Positions 10,780-19,734 of a DNA stretch of 64,000 nt are shown here, one piece after another. The stretch lies in contig CALBSC010000038.1 in NCBI GenBank assembly GCA_937927685.1, positions 32,175 through 96,174 on the forward strand, read 5' to 3'. The notes below the pieces were generated by a model that was not told the origin of the DNA, searched no databases, and saw only the letters and a program-made list of their open reading frames with translations. The position numbers and the translations under genes were made by a program. Within the stretch, counting starts at the first letter, position 1. The number at the start of each line of letters is the position of its first letter. The DNA comes from an uncultured Burkholderiales bacterium (lineage in GTDB: Bacteria > Pseudomonadota > Gammaproteobacteria > Burkholderiales > Burkholderiaceae_C).

Positions 10780-11045
10780 CAGGAGCGGCGCATCGGGGGG
10801 CGCGAAGACGGCGCGCCCGTGCGGGGTTCGAGGTGGCGGAAGGTGATGCGGCCCTTGGTGAGGTCGTAGGGGGACATCTCCAGGGTGACCTTGTCGCCCG
10901 CCAGAATACGGATACTGTGCTTGCGCATCTTGCCGCCCGAATAGGCCGTGACAGTATGACCGTTTTGAAGGGTGACCCGATAGCGGGTATCTGGGAGGAC
11001 CTCGTCCACCACACCCTGCATTTCGATCAAATCTTCTTTAGGCAT
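10779..11045 (-). CDS. infA: Translation initiation factor IF-1 (stand-alone paralog with C-terminal extension)
   Basis: [16 protein letters not shown]...[35 protein letters not shown]; RBS GAAAGGAAG. Confidence 0.96.
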   Translation of the reverse strand: MPKEDLIEMQGVVDEVLPDTRYRVTLQNGHTVTAYSGGKMRKHSIRILAGDKVTLEMSPYDLTKGRITFRHLEPRTGAPSSRPPMRRS

Positions 11046-11193
11046 TCAATCTTCCTTTCATCCCACGATTTTAACCGAACCGATCCCAGCGGGGCCCGGG
11101 GGCTACCGGGCGGGGGGGCACGGACAGGGCTCGCGGAGAGGGCTCGCGGTCGGGACGATCGGACGAGGCGGTGGCAGGCACGGTTCGGCGGGG

Positions 11194-12345
11194 TCAGTTC
11201 AAGGTGTCGTACTGCCGGATCACCTCTCGGTTGACCTCGATGCCAAGACCCGGGCGGTCCGGAATATCCACCCACCCGTCGTGCATGGACAGCGGATGCT
11301 TGACCAGCAATTGGCGGAACGGATGCGACGAGCGGTCGTACTCCAGCACCGGCTGGCTGGCAAACAGCGAGTGGTGCGCCACCGGCACCGCCGCGATGAC
11401 GTGCAGCGAGGCAGCCTGGGCAATGGCCGACCCCCAGACATGCGGATTGACCCGCACACCCATGGACTGCGCCAACGCGATGATGTGGCGCGCCGCCGTG
11501 ATCCCGCCACAGGAGCCCATGTCGGGCTGGGCGATATCGAGCGCCCCGGCTGCCAGCAACTGCTGAAACCCGAACAGGGTGTGCTCGTTCTCGCCGCCGG
11601 CAATCGGCATGGTCAGGTGCTGACGCATCTCCACATAGCCCCCGATGTCCTCGGGCACCACCGGCTCCTCGTACCACAGCAAATCAAACTCGGCCAGCGC
11701 ACGGCCCAGACGCAGCGCTTCGGCGCGTCCATAGGCGTGGTTGGTGTCGATCATCAGGCGGATGGGCTTGCCCTGAATCGCTTTGCCGATGGCGTGCATG
11801 CAGGCAATGTCGTCATCGACACCAAAACCGAGTTTGACTTTCATGAGGGAGAAGCCGGCCTCGTGATGACGCAAGGCCTCCTCGGCCAGGCGCGCGGCCT
11901 CGCCTTGTCCCTGAATCCGATAAAAACCGGTGGCATAGGGTTGCACCCGGTCTCGGAAACGTCCCCCCAACAGCTTCCAGACCGGCACCCCACGGGCCTG
12001 GCCGGCGATGTCCCACAGGGCCATGTCCACCGCGCTGATGCCCGCCACCACAGAGCCCTTGCGGCCATAGTCACGGGTGCGGTGGTAGCAGGTGTGCCAC
12101 AGCACCTCGGTGTCCAGCGGATCGGCGCCCACCAGCAGCGGTTTGAGGGCGTGCTGGATGACAGCAGCGGCGATCTCCGGCGGCTCCAGGCCCTGGGCGA
12201 ACGCTTCACCCCAGCCGGACAGCCCTTCATCGGTGATGATTTCCACCAGCGTGGCACTGCGCTGGTGCACCCACCCTTGCGAAAACGCGAAGGGCTCGGT
12301 CAGCGGGCTCTTGAGCACATGCAGCTTGAGGTCAACGATTTTCAT
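11194..12345 (-). CDS. Mandelate racemase/muconate lactonizing enzyme family protein, D-galactarolactone cycloisomerase (Gci)-like
   Basis: DMALWDIAG, KVKLGFG, MIDTNH, WYEEP, GGENE, NPHVWG, LEYDRSSHPFR, PGLGIE; resembles Agrobacterium Gci as I recall it. Confidence 0.85.
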   Translation of the reverse strand: MKIVDLKLHVLKSPLTEPFAFSQGWVHQRSATLVEIITDEGLSGWGEAFAQGLEPPEIAAAVIQHALKPLLVGADPLDTEVLWHTCYHRTRDYGRKGSVVAGISAVDMALWDIAGQARGVPVWKLLGGRFRDRVQPYATGFYRIQGQGEAARLAEEALRHHEAGFSLMKVKLGFGVDDDIACMHAIGKAIQGKPIRLMIDTNHAYGRAEALRLGRALAEFDLLWYEEPVVPEDIGGYVEMRQHLTMPIAGGENEHTLFGFQQLLAAGALDIAQPDMGSCGGITAARHIIALAQSMGVRVNPHVWGSAIAQAASLHVIAAVPVAHHSLFASQPVLEYDRSSHPFRQLLVKHPLSMHDGWVDIPDRPGLGIEVNREVIRQYDTLN

Positions 12346-12376
12346 GGCGGGCTCCGGTCAGTGGTGCAGCGGGCGG

Positions 12377-13132
12377 TCAGCGTCCCGTGAAGCGGGGGGG
12401 GCGTTTTTCTTTCCAGGCCAGTCCGCCCTCTTTCAGGTCGTCGGAGGCCAGCGTTTGCAGCACACTGGCGCGCACAGCCTGTGCATCGACCGTGCCGCGA
12501 GCAATCCGGTTGAGGTGGTGTTTCATGCCCAGGAGCGCCAACGGTGCCATGCTGGCGAGCTGCCCGCACAACGCCTCGGACCGGGCCTGCAAGTCCTCGG
12601 GTGCCACCAGGTGGGTCAGGAATCCGCAGTCCATCATTTGCCGGGCGTCGAGCTTCTCCGCGGTCAGGAAGAGACGCTTGGCCATGTCCACCCCCAGCCG
12701 AGACACATAGCGCTCCAGGCCGCTCAGGTAGTAATGCAGGCCCAGACGCGCGGCCGGCATGAACATCTCGATGGTGTGCGACCCCATGCGGAAGTCGCAC
12801 GCCAGCACCATGTCGGTGGCACCACCATACACGCCCCCCTGCACCACAGCCAGCGTCACCGCGCGGCAGTTTTCAATGGCATCGACCATGTCGCCAAAGC
12901 CCTGTCCCTCGGTTTGACTGCCACTGACCTGGGTGATGTCGTAGCCGGCACAAAAATGCTTGCCGGTGCTGCGCAGCACCAGCAGCAGCACCGACTCGGT
13001 CCGGTTCACGGTGTCAACATGTTGCCTCAACACAGCCAGGTCTTCCGGTGTGATCTTGTTGGCCGACGCCGGGCGTTGCAGGCAGAGCGTGGCGACAGGG
13101 CCGTGAATCTCGAGCGTGGGCGCGTGTTGCAT
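12377..13132 (-). CDS. Enoyl-CoA hydratase/isomerase family protein
   Basis: HFCAGYDI, GGVYGGATDMVLACDFR, MPAARLG, EGGLAWKEKRPPRFTGR. Confidence 0.9.
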   Translation of the reverse strand: MQHAPTLEIHGPVATLCLQRPASANKITPEDLAVLRQHVDTVNRTESVLLLVLRSTGKHFCAGYDITQVSGSQTEGQGFGDMVDAIENCRAVTLAVVQGGVYGGATDMVLACDFRMGSHTIEMFMPAARLGLHYYLSGLERYVSRLGVDMAKRLFLTAEKLDARQMMDCGFLTHLVAPEDLQARSEALCGQLASMAPLALLGMKHHLNRIARGTVDAQAVRASVLQTLASDDLKEGGLAWKEKRPPRFTGR

Positions 13133-13263
13133 GAGCGGTGTGGTCGGGTGTGCGGGAAAAGCCAAGGCTCATCTTACAAGGGCTCGCGTTTCCCCCGATG
13201 TCACGGCAGCGGCCAGCGCTAAACTTGCCCTCAACATCACTCGACCCGTTCACAGGAGACCCC

Positions 13264-14253
13264 ATGCGCATCAACCGCCGTCGATTCGTTCAAGCCACCT
13301 CCGCCGCTGGCCTGCTGGCCTCGATCGGCAATGCCGCCCTGGCGCAAGTGGCCATGGAAAACCTGAAGGTGGTCACCGGTTTTCCCCCGGGCGGCACCTC
13401 CGACAACCTGTGCCGTCGCATCGCCACCCGGCTCACCGGGTCGTTCGCCACCAATGCCGTGGTGGAAAACAAGACCGGCGCGGGCGGTCAAATCGCCATC
13501 CAGTTCGTGAAGACCCAGCCCGCCGACGGGTCGGTGCTGCTGCAGTCACCCACCTCGATGTTCTCCATTTACCCGCACATCTTCAGCAAACTGCCCTACG
13601 ACCCCGTGACCGATGTCACGCCGGTCTCGCTGGGCTGTGTGTTTGATTTCGGCTTTGCCGTCGGCCCCCTGGTGCCCGCCAGCGTGAAGAACATCAACGA
13701 TTTCGTGGCCTGGGCCAAGGCCAACCCCGGCCAGGCCAACTTCGGCTCGCCGGCCGCCGGATCCACCCCGCACTTCGTGGGCGCCTTGCTGGGCTTGAAG
13801 GCCAGCATCGACCTCAAGCACGCGGCATACCGCGGGACGCAACCGGCCTTGCAGGACATGATGGGGGGGCAGATCGCCGCCGTCAGCGGCCCGATCGGCG
13901 ACATCACCCAACACCTCACCACCGGCAAGGTGCGCGTGCTCGCCACCTCGGGCGCCAAGCGCAACCGCTTCATGCCCGACGCGCCCACGTTCGCCGAGCA
14001 GGGCTTTCGCGACCTCACCCACAGCGAGTGGTTTGCCTTCTTCCTGCCGCCCAAGGCGTCGGCGGACACCGTCACCAAGGTGAACGCGGCCCTGAAGACG
14101 GCCCTGGCTTCCAAGGAGGTGATTGACGGCCTGGCCACCTTTGGCCTGGAATCTCTCTCCAGCACCCCCGCCGAACTGGCCGACCTGTTGAAGAAAGACA
14201 CGGCCAAATGGGCGCCCATCGTCAAGTCGATCGGCTTCACCGCGGATACCTGA
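13264..14253 (+). CDS. Bug/TctC family tripartite tricarboxylate transporter substrate-binding protein
   Basis: Tat-like RRRFV leader, GFPPGGTSD, VENKTGAGG, PADG, YRGT; RBS AGGAGA. Confidence 0.93.
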   Translation: MRINRRRFVQATSAAGLLASIGNAALAQVAMENLKVVTGFPPGGTSDNLCRRIATRLTGSFATNAVVENKTGAGGQIAIQFVKTQPADGSVLLQSPTSMFSIYPHIFSKLPYDPVTDVTPVSLGCVFDFGFAVGPLVPASVKNINDFVAWAKANPGQANFGSPAAGSTPHFVGALLGLKASIDLKHAAYRGTQPALQDMMGGQIAAVSGPIGDITQHLTTGKVRVLATSGAKRNRFMPDAPTFAEQGFRDLTHSEWFAFFLPPKASADTVTKVNAALKTALASKEVIDGLATFGLESLSSTPAELADLLKKDTAKWAPIVKSIGFTADT

Positions 14254-14280
14254 TCGCCTGCATCCCGCCAATGCGCGTGC

Positions 14281-14305
14281 ACCTCAGCCTTGACGCGGCT
14301 GAGGT
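14281..14305. terminator. Perfect 9-bp inverted repeat downstream of the Bug gene
   Basis: ACCTCAGCC-ttgacgc-GGCTGAGGT. Confidence 0.5.
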
Positions 14306-14414
14306 AGCTCAGGCGTTTGTCCCGTCAAGGACAGTGTGGGCGTAAACCCTAGCGACGAAGCACGCGAGGTGATGTCCCAATGGGGGCGGACCGATACATC
14401 TGCCGGAGAGACCT

Positions 14415-15308
14415 TTGACCCATTCGTCCACGCCTTTTCAATACGCCGAATGCGCGTCACATGACCCACACCCGCGCGCACTGGCCGTGAAACTGCCCGC
14501 GGGCGCGTGCGACACGCATGCCCACGTCTGTGGCCCCACCGCGATCTATCCCCTGGTACCCAACCGGCTCTACAACCCGCCGGAGGCTTCTCTGGCCGAC
14601 TACCGGCACATGCTCGACACCCTGGGCATCGAGCGGGCGGTGCTGGTGCAGCCCAGCGTGTATGGCACCGACAACCGTGCCATGCTGGACGCCCTGAAGC
14701 AGGACCCTCAGCGACTGCGCGCCGTGGCGGTGCTGCCCTTTGATGTGTCACGGGACGATGTGCAAACCCTGCACGCGCTGGGCGTTCGGGGGGTACGGTG
14801 CAATATCGTGGACCTCAAGGACGGGAAAGGACAATTGCCACTCGATGGATTGCGGCAACTCGCGCACACCATTCAGCCGTTCGGGTGGCACATCGAATTC
14901 CTGATGCACGTGAACGAGTTTGACCACTTGTCGAGCCAGTTGAGTGATCTGGGTGTGCCACTGGTCTTCGGTCATTTGGGCTATGTCCCGGCAGAGCTGG
15001 GCAGCACGCCAGGATTTGAAGGCTTGCTGGAGCTGTCCCACGCCGGCAAAGCCTGGATCAAGTTGACCGCTCCTTACCGGTTGACCCGGGAAGCCTTCCC
15101 CTACCCCAGCACGGACTCTTGTGCCGACCTGCTGGTGCGCGAAGTGCCCCATCGATTGCTGTGGGGCAGTGACTGGCCGCATGTCTTCATCAAGAGTGCC
15201 ATGCCCAACGACGGCGACTTGTTCAACCTGTTTCTGGGCTGGCTGGGTGGGCGTGACCTGATGGAAGATATTTTGGTCCGGCACCCGGCACAACTTTACG
15301 GATTCTGA
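14415..15308 (+). CDS. Amidohydrolase_2 family lactonase/isomerase (LigI/Gli-like)
   Basis: ACDTHAHV, VLVQPSVYGTDN, GVRGVR, LLWGSDWPH; TTG start after GGAGAG. Confidence 0.88.
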   Translation: MTHSSTPFQYAECASHDPHPRALAVKLPAGACDTHAHVCGPTAIYPLVPNRLYNPPEASLADYRHMLDTLGIERAVLVQPSVYGTDNRAMLDALKQDPQRLRAVAVLPFDVSRDDVQTLHALGVRGVRCNIVDLKDGKGQLPLDGLRQLAHTIQPFGWHIEFLMHVNEFDHLSSQLSDLGVPLVFGHLGYVPAELGSTPGFEGLLELSHAGKAWIKLTAPYRLTREAFPYPSTDSCADLLVREVPHRLLWGSDWPHVFIKSAMPNDGDLFNLFLGWLGGRDLMEDILVRHPAQLYGF

Positions 15309-15312
15309 AACC

Positions 15313-16002
15313 ATGGCACTGTACCCAGCGCAGCAACGTTTACGCGACGGCCAAACCGTCATCGCCGTCAACCTGGCCGGTCGAAACCCCGATGTGATCA
15401 AGCCTCTCGCCCAGTCGGGGGCTCACATCGCCTTCATCGACTGCGAGCGCACCGGGCTGGGACTGGATGCCGCCACCGAGCTCATCCGGGCGTCGCATGC
15501 CGCGGGTTTGTGCCCCATGGTGCGCAGCTGGTCCAAGGAGCCCAAAGTGCTGGTGCGCTACCTGGACCGTCAAGCCAGTGGTTTGATCGTGCCCCACATC
15601 AAAACGGTGGACGACGTTCGCCAAGCGGTGGAACTGGTTCGCTACGCCTGCGGCGCGCAGACTCCGGAAAAAACACTGATCGTTCAGATTGAAACGGTAT
15701 CTGCGGTAGAGAACCTGGAAGCCATCCTGTCGGTGCCGGGGGTCGACGGCTATCTGATCGGGCCCAACGATCTGGCTTACGACATGACCGGGCAGCGAGG
15801 GGCGCAAACCCCGGAAGTGATGGAGACGATCCAGCTCGTGGCGCAACGGTTGCACCGGGACAAGCGGCCATTTGGTTTGCCTGCCCACTGGAACCAGCTG
15901 CCCTACTTCCAGTCACTGGGCGCGAACTTCCTGTATTTTCCGTTGGAGTGGCTGTTGCAGCATGCACTGCATGATTTGCGAGCAGCCCTGGAACTGGACT
16001 GA
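15313..16002 (+). CDS. HpcH/HpaI (GarL-like) class II pyruvate aldolase family protein
   Basis: FIDCER, PMVR, GLIVPHI, VQIET, ILSVPGVDGYLIGPNDL. Confidence 0.85.
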   Translation: MALYPAQQRLRDGQTVIAVNLAGRNPDVIKPLAQSGAHIAFIDCERTGLGLDAATELIRASHAAGLCPMVRSWSKEPKVLVRYLDRQASGLIVPHIKTVDDVRQAVELVRYACGAQTPEKTLIVQIETVSAVENLEAILSVPGVDGYLIGPNDLAYDMTGQRGAQTPEVMETIQLVAQRLHRDKRPFGLPAHWNQLPYFQSLGANFLYFPLEWLLQHALHDLRAALELD

Positions 16003-16040
16003 CGCAACTGACAGGCAGACGAGCGCCGCCTATTGGTATG

Positions 16041-16116
<76 letters not shown>

Positions 16117-16534
16117 GACGGATCAAATTCTACATGGATGACAACAGCCAATGCCACGCTGCCGCTTGGTTTGGTGAGGGGGGGGTAAAGTAATACAACT
16201 GCTCAGGTGTCCTGTGAAACGACACTGCTGTGTATCTTGCCCACCAACACCCCCCACGCAAGTGTCTCGCGGAGCAGTGTTCAATCATCTTCACTGACCT
16301 TATTCAATGAGCAGTTATTCACCTCATCCATGGCCCACCACAAAGGAAATGTAATTACAAAGCCGTCATTTCAACGTCAATAACGAATAGATGTAGTCCT
16401 GCTCCCCCGTTACTCCCGATTGTTGAACACAACATTTACTGATAGATTCTTTCCCTCTGCCATACGCCTGCCGCTCCCCTACCCGAGCCGTCCGGCCCCT
16501 ATTTCCAGTCGCTACAGCACAGCACCCCAGACTT

Positions 16535-17464
16535 ATGCAATTGATGTGGCTATCCGGCCCGACCGGACATGTCCGAACCATTTCCATCACGGCCCGCACG
16601 ATGTTGCGGGCTGCTGGGGTGGTGACCCTGGTCCTGGTGTTGCTCGGCTTTGTCCTGAACTGGGTGGGTCTGCGTTTTGCCGTGGAATACAGCCCCGAGT
16701 TGGCTCGCAGCATGGGCGGCGTGACCACCGAAGCGCAACACCAGCGCATGGAGTCCGACTACCGGGCCCGACTGGCCGAACTGCGGGAGCAACTGCACCG
16801 TACGGCCCAGGATCTGCAACAACTCGAGACCTTGAAATCGCGCCTGATGCATCTGGCGACACCCCAACTCATGCAGCAGAAGTCACCCAGCCCACCCTCG
16901 GGTCGAGGGGGTCCGTTGCTGTCGCCCCGATTCGAGTTGCCCTTTTTCAGGGTTCCGCTGCACCAGGCCATGGGCCAGACTGCCCTGGATCTGGAACAGC
17001 TGGATCGCGCCGTCAAGGACAGCCACGAGGAATGGCAAGCTCGACTGGATTGGCTCGAGCGCTTACCCACAGGCTTGCCGGTTGGCGGGGCGTTTCATCT
17101 CAGCAGTGGCTATGGCTTACGCAACGACCCCTTCACCGGGAGTTTGGCGCTGCATGAGGGCATCGATTTTTCAGCCGAACCCGGCACACCGGTGCTGGCG
17201 GCCGCTGAAGGCCGTGTGGTTCGCTCTGGCCAGGACTCCACCTATGGCCAAGTGATTGAAATCGAGCACGCCGATGGGTTTCTCACCCGCTATGGACATT
17301 TGCAACGGCGCCATGTCGTGCTTCATCAGCAGGTCCAGCGAGGGGAGTTGCTGGGGAATGTCGGCAGCACCGGGCGCTCCACCGGACCCCATTTGCATCT
17401 GGAAATTTTTCGTCATGACCGCGTGGTGGACCCGCTGAAGGTCATGACCTACCTCAAACCCTGA
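16535..17464 (+). CDS. M23 family metallopeptidase with N-terminal TM helix and coiled coil
   Basis: HEGIDF, YGHL and GSTGRSTGPHLHLEI (HxxxD and HxH zinc motifs); N-terminal hydrophobic helix and heptad region. Confidence 0.93.
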   Translation: MQLMWLSGPTGHVRTISITARTMLRAAGVVTLVLVLLGFVLNWVGLRFAVEYSPELARSMGGVTTEAQHQRMESDYRARLAELREQLHRTAQDLQQLETLKSRLMHLATPQLMQQKSPSPPSGRGGPLLSPRFELPFFRVPLHQAMGQTALDLEQLDRAVKDSHEEWQARLDWLERLPTGLPVGGAFHLSSGYGLRNDPFTGSLALHEGIDFSAEPGTPVLAAAEGRVVRSGQDSTYGQVIEIEHADGFLTRYGHLQRRHVVLHQQVQRGELLGNVGSTGRSTGPHLHLEIFRHDRVVDPLKVMTYLKP

Positions 17465-17482
17465 AACACACCCAGGCTAACT

Positions 17483-17920
17483 ATGTTCGGAAATTCCAAA
17501 GACAAATCCCTCTCCTCGCTTCAGGAGCGCTTTGAGACCCTGATTGGCCGCAGCACCGAGATCGTGGGTCGTCTGGTTCTGCAGGACAGCGTTCGGGTGG
17601 ACGGCAAGGTCCACGGCAGCATCGAGGCCCAGGCAGATCGCAACATCACCGTGGCCATTGGCCCCACTGGCGAAGTGACCGGCGACATCCGGGCCAACCG
17701 CGTCATCGTGGCTGGCCGGGTACAGGGCAACATCGAAGCCTCTGAACGAGCAGAGCTGCAAAAGGATTGCGTGGTGATGGGCGATATCAGCTATGGCTCG
17801 ATCGCGGTGGAACACGGCGCTCGCATTTTGGGCACCCTGGTTCAGAATGCACAGGCAGCCAGTTCGGCCCAGGACGCCAAGTCGGCCATTCAGGCGGCCC
17901 AGTCCCTGTCCAAGTCGTGA
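17483..17920 (+). CDS. Bactofilin (polymer-forming cytoskeletal protein, CcmA family)
   Basis: TLIGRSTEIVG, VRVDGKVHGSI, GEVTGDIRA, VIVAGRVQGNI, GDISYGSIAVEHGARILG. Confidence 0.92.
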   Translation: MFGNSKDKSLSSLQERFETLIGRSTEIVGRLVLQDSVRVDGKVHGSIEAQADRNITVAIGPTGEVTGDIRANRVIVAGRVQGNIEASERAELQKDCVVMGDISYGSIAVEHGARILGTLVQNAQAASSAQDAKSAIQAAQSLSKS

Positions 17921-18004
17921 ACTGACTCCGGGCGTAGACCGCACCTGCCTGCTGTTGTCAGGAATTCCAACTGACTGGGCGTCAAAAAAACGCCCTCAAG
18001 GCAC

Positions 18005-18793
18005 CTAAACCATGGCCGTGTTGAGAGCGATGTAATTGGTAACCAGGAAACTTTCGTCGGACTCGTGATAGCCCGTCATTTTCTGGAGTCCAACGGGAGA
18101 AATCCTGAACAGGTCAAAGCCATGCTCCTTGAAGAAATACCAGAAGTCCTGGAAAAAAACTCTGGTGTCGATATTGGTTCCCCCAAACTCGAACTGAATA
18201 AGCCTTGAAGATCGGACTGCAAGGCCAAACCCCTTCAAGACCGACAGTTCATGGCCTTCAACGTCGATCTTCGCAATATCGATAACTTGGCCGCCCAGTT
18301 CCTGTGCCCAATAATCTTCAAAACGGATTGTGTTGACGGTTTCTTTCACATTGAAATCAATATTGAAATGATCCAATCGTCGTTGAGTCAAACTGCCTAA
18401 CGCAGATCCTTGATCGTTGGCAAAAAGCGTTGCGGTTCCGCCTTTATCAGATACAGCAGAAGGAACTATTTTGATGCGCGAATCAAGGTTGAAGCGCTGA
18501 TTCAGTTTTTCCACATTGATGGCGGAAGGCTCGAAGACATGCACATGGGTCAGCGGATACTTACGCCGAATTTCCGCCGTGTAATCGCCCACGTTGCCGC
18601 CTATATCAATGACCAGTAGCGGCTCCCGATTCAAGAGTTGCTGAACCAACTGGCACTCATGCTCGACAGTAGCGGCGCCATACCCTTTGCCTTGAATGTA
18701 AGCAGCCAGCTGCTCGACCTGGGGTGCCAGCATCGGATGCTCTCTGACAATATGGCTCACCACTTCTAACAGTGTTTGTTGGCTGTCCGGCAT
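18005..18793 (-). CDS. FkbM family SAM-dependent methyltransferase
   Basis: VIDIGGNVG, VFEPS, IDIAKIDVEGHELSVLKG, IQFEFG; visibly AT-richer than its neighbours. Confidence 0.9.
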   Translation of the reverse strand: MPDSQQTLLEVVSHIVREHPMLAPQVEQLAAYIQGKGYGAATVEHECQLVQQLLNREPLLVIDIGGNVGDYTAEIRRKYPLTHVHVFEPSAINVEKLNQRFNLDSRIKIVPSAVSDKGGTATLFANDQGSALGSLTQRRLDHFNIDFNVKETVNTIRFEDYWAQELGGQVIDIAKIDVEGHELSVLKGFGLAVRSSRLIQFEFGGTNIDTRVFFQDFWYFFKEHGFDLFRISPVGLQKMTGYHESDESFLVTNYIALNTAMV

Positions 18794-18918
18794 GTGAACT
18801 TTCAGAGAAGGCGGCTTTTCAATCAGCTAAACATCGTTGGTTTCATTATAGGAACCGCCACTCGGACACTTCACGGGCGGCATCCATTCAAAGGCGACCT
18901 CTCGCCGCCCTCATGACA

Positions 18919-19518
18919 TCAAAGCCCCCCGCCCTGAAACCTGAACCCCAACGCCTCAAAAGTTTGACGCGCCTGCGGTGCAATGGCATCCAGCCGCTCG
19001 GCTTCCTGGGAGGCGAACGCAATGTCGTTCATGTCATGCACCCCACCGGTGATGATGACTTGCAGCAAACCATCGGAAGACCCCACGTTTCTGAAGGCAC
19101 GATAAACCTGGGGAGGCAGTGAAATGGTGTCAAAGCGCTCCAGCACCATCGAGTGCTCGCCCCCCTCGTTCCAGAACACCTCAAAGCGGCCTTCCAGCAC
19201 CGTGAAAGTTTCATAGGTGTCCTTGTGGATGTGCAGCCCCGGACCCTGCCCGGGGGGGCAGCGGGCGATGGTCATGGTCATGCCTCCCGCGCCGACGATC
19301 GGCGCGGCGGTGTTGATGGCCGTTTTGCGATGCCCATCGAGCCCGATCACGGACAACAACTCGCGGGCATACACCACGTCACGGGCCGCCTGGGGCACAT
19401 CATGCGCGGATTGCACGGGCAAGGGCTTGAGGTCACCAAAGCGTGAGACACGCGACTGCATCTCGTGGGGCGTGACATGAAGCGACTTCGCTGCGACAGG
19501 CTCCTTGGATTCGGCCAT
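18919..19518 (-). CDS. Cupin domain protein
   Basis: CPPGQGPGLHIHKDTYETFTVLEG and LPPQVYRAFRNVG cupin motifs; RBS AGGAG. Confidence 0.85.
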   Translation of the reverse strand: MAESKEPVAAKSLHVTPHEMQSRVSRFGDLKPLPVQSAHDVPQAARDVVYARELLSVIGLDGHRKTAINTAAPIVGAGGMTMTIARCPPGQGPGLHIHKDTYETFTVLEGRFEVFWNEGGEHSMVLERFDTISLPPQVYRAFRNVGSSDGLLQVIITGGVHDMNDIAFASQEAERLDAIAPQARQTFEALGFRFQGGGL

Positions 19519-19734
19519 CTGACAACTCCTTGGCAATGACAGTGTGCCCATCTTGATACGAGTCGTGCGGTCTCGTATCGGTACTTACCCGCCGCCAGCA
19601 TGCCCGGCCGTGGTTCGCCTGCGTTGACACGCACGGGCCTTTCATGTGATCATGCGCCGGGATTTGCACACCGCCCCGAGGGCCCATGTGGGGTGTCTTT
19701 CGCTGACGCGCTTCAAGCAGGAGAAGCAACTGAC

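Noticed and set aside
11126-11149. Direct repeat AGGGCTCGCGG x2 upstream of infA
   Set aside because: Two short GC-rich copies; indistinguishable from chance or local slippage.
16366-16749. 127-aa minus-strand ORF (and the overlapping 16420..17157 plus-strand ORF)
   Set aside because: Both overlap the M23 gene and have no protein-like features.
17996-18900. Weak direct-repeat similarity flanking the FkbM gene (TCAAGGCACCT / TCAAAGGCGACCT)
   Set aside because: Needs two gaps to align; too weak to call a target-site duplication.
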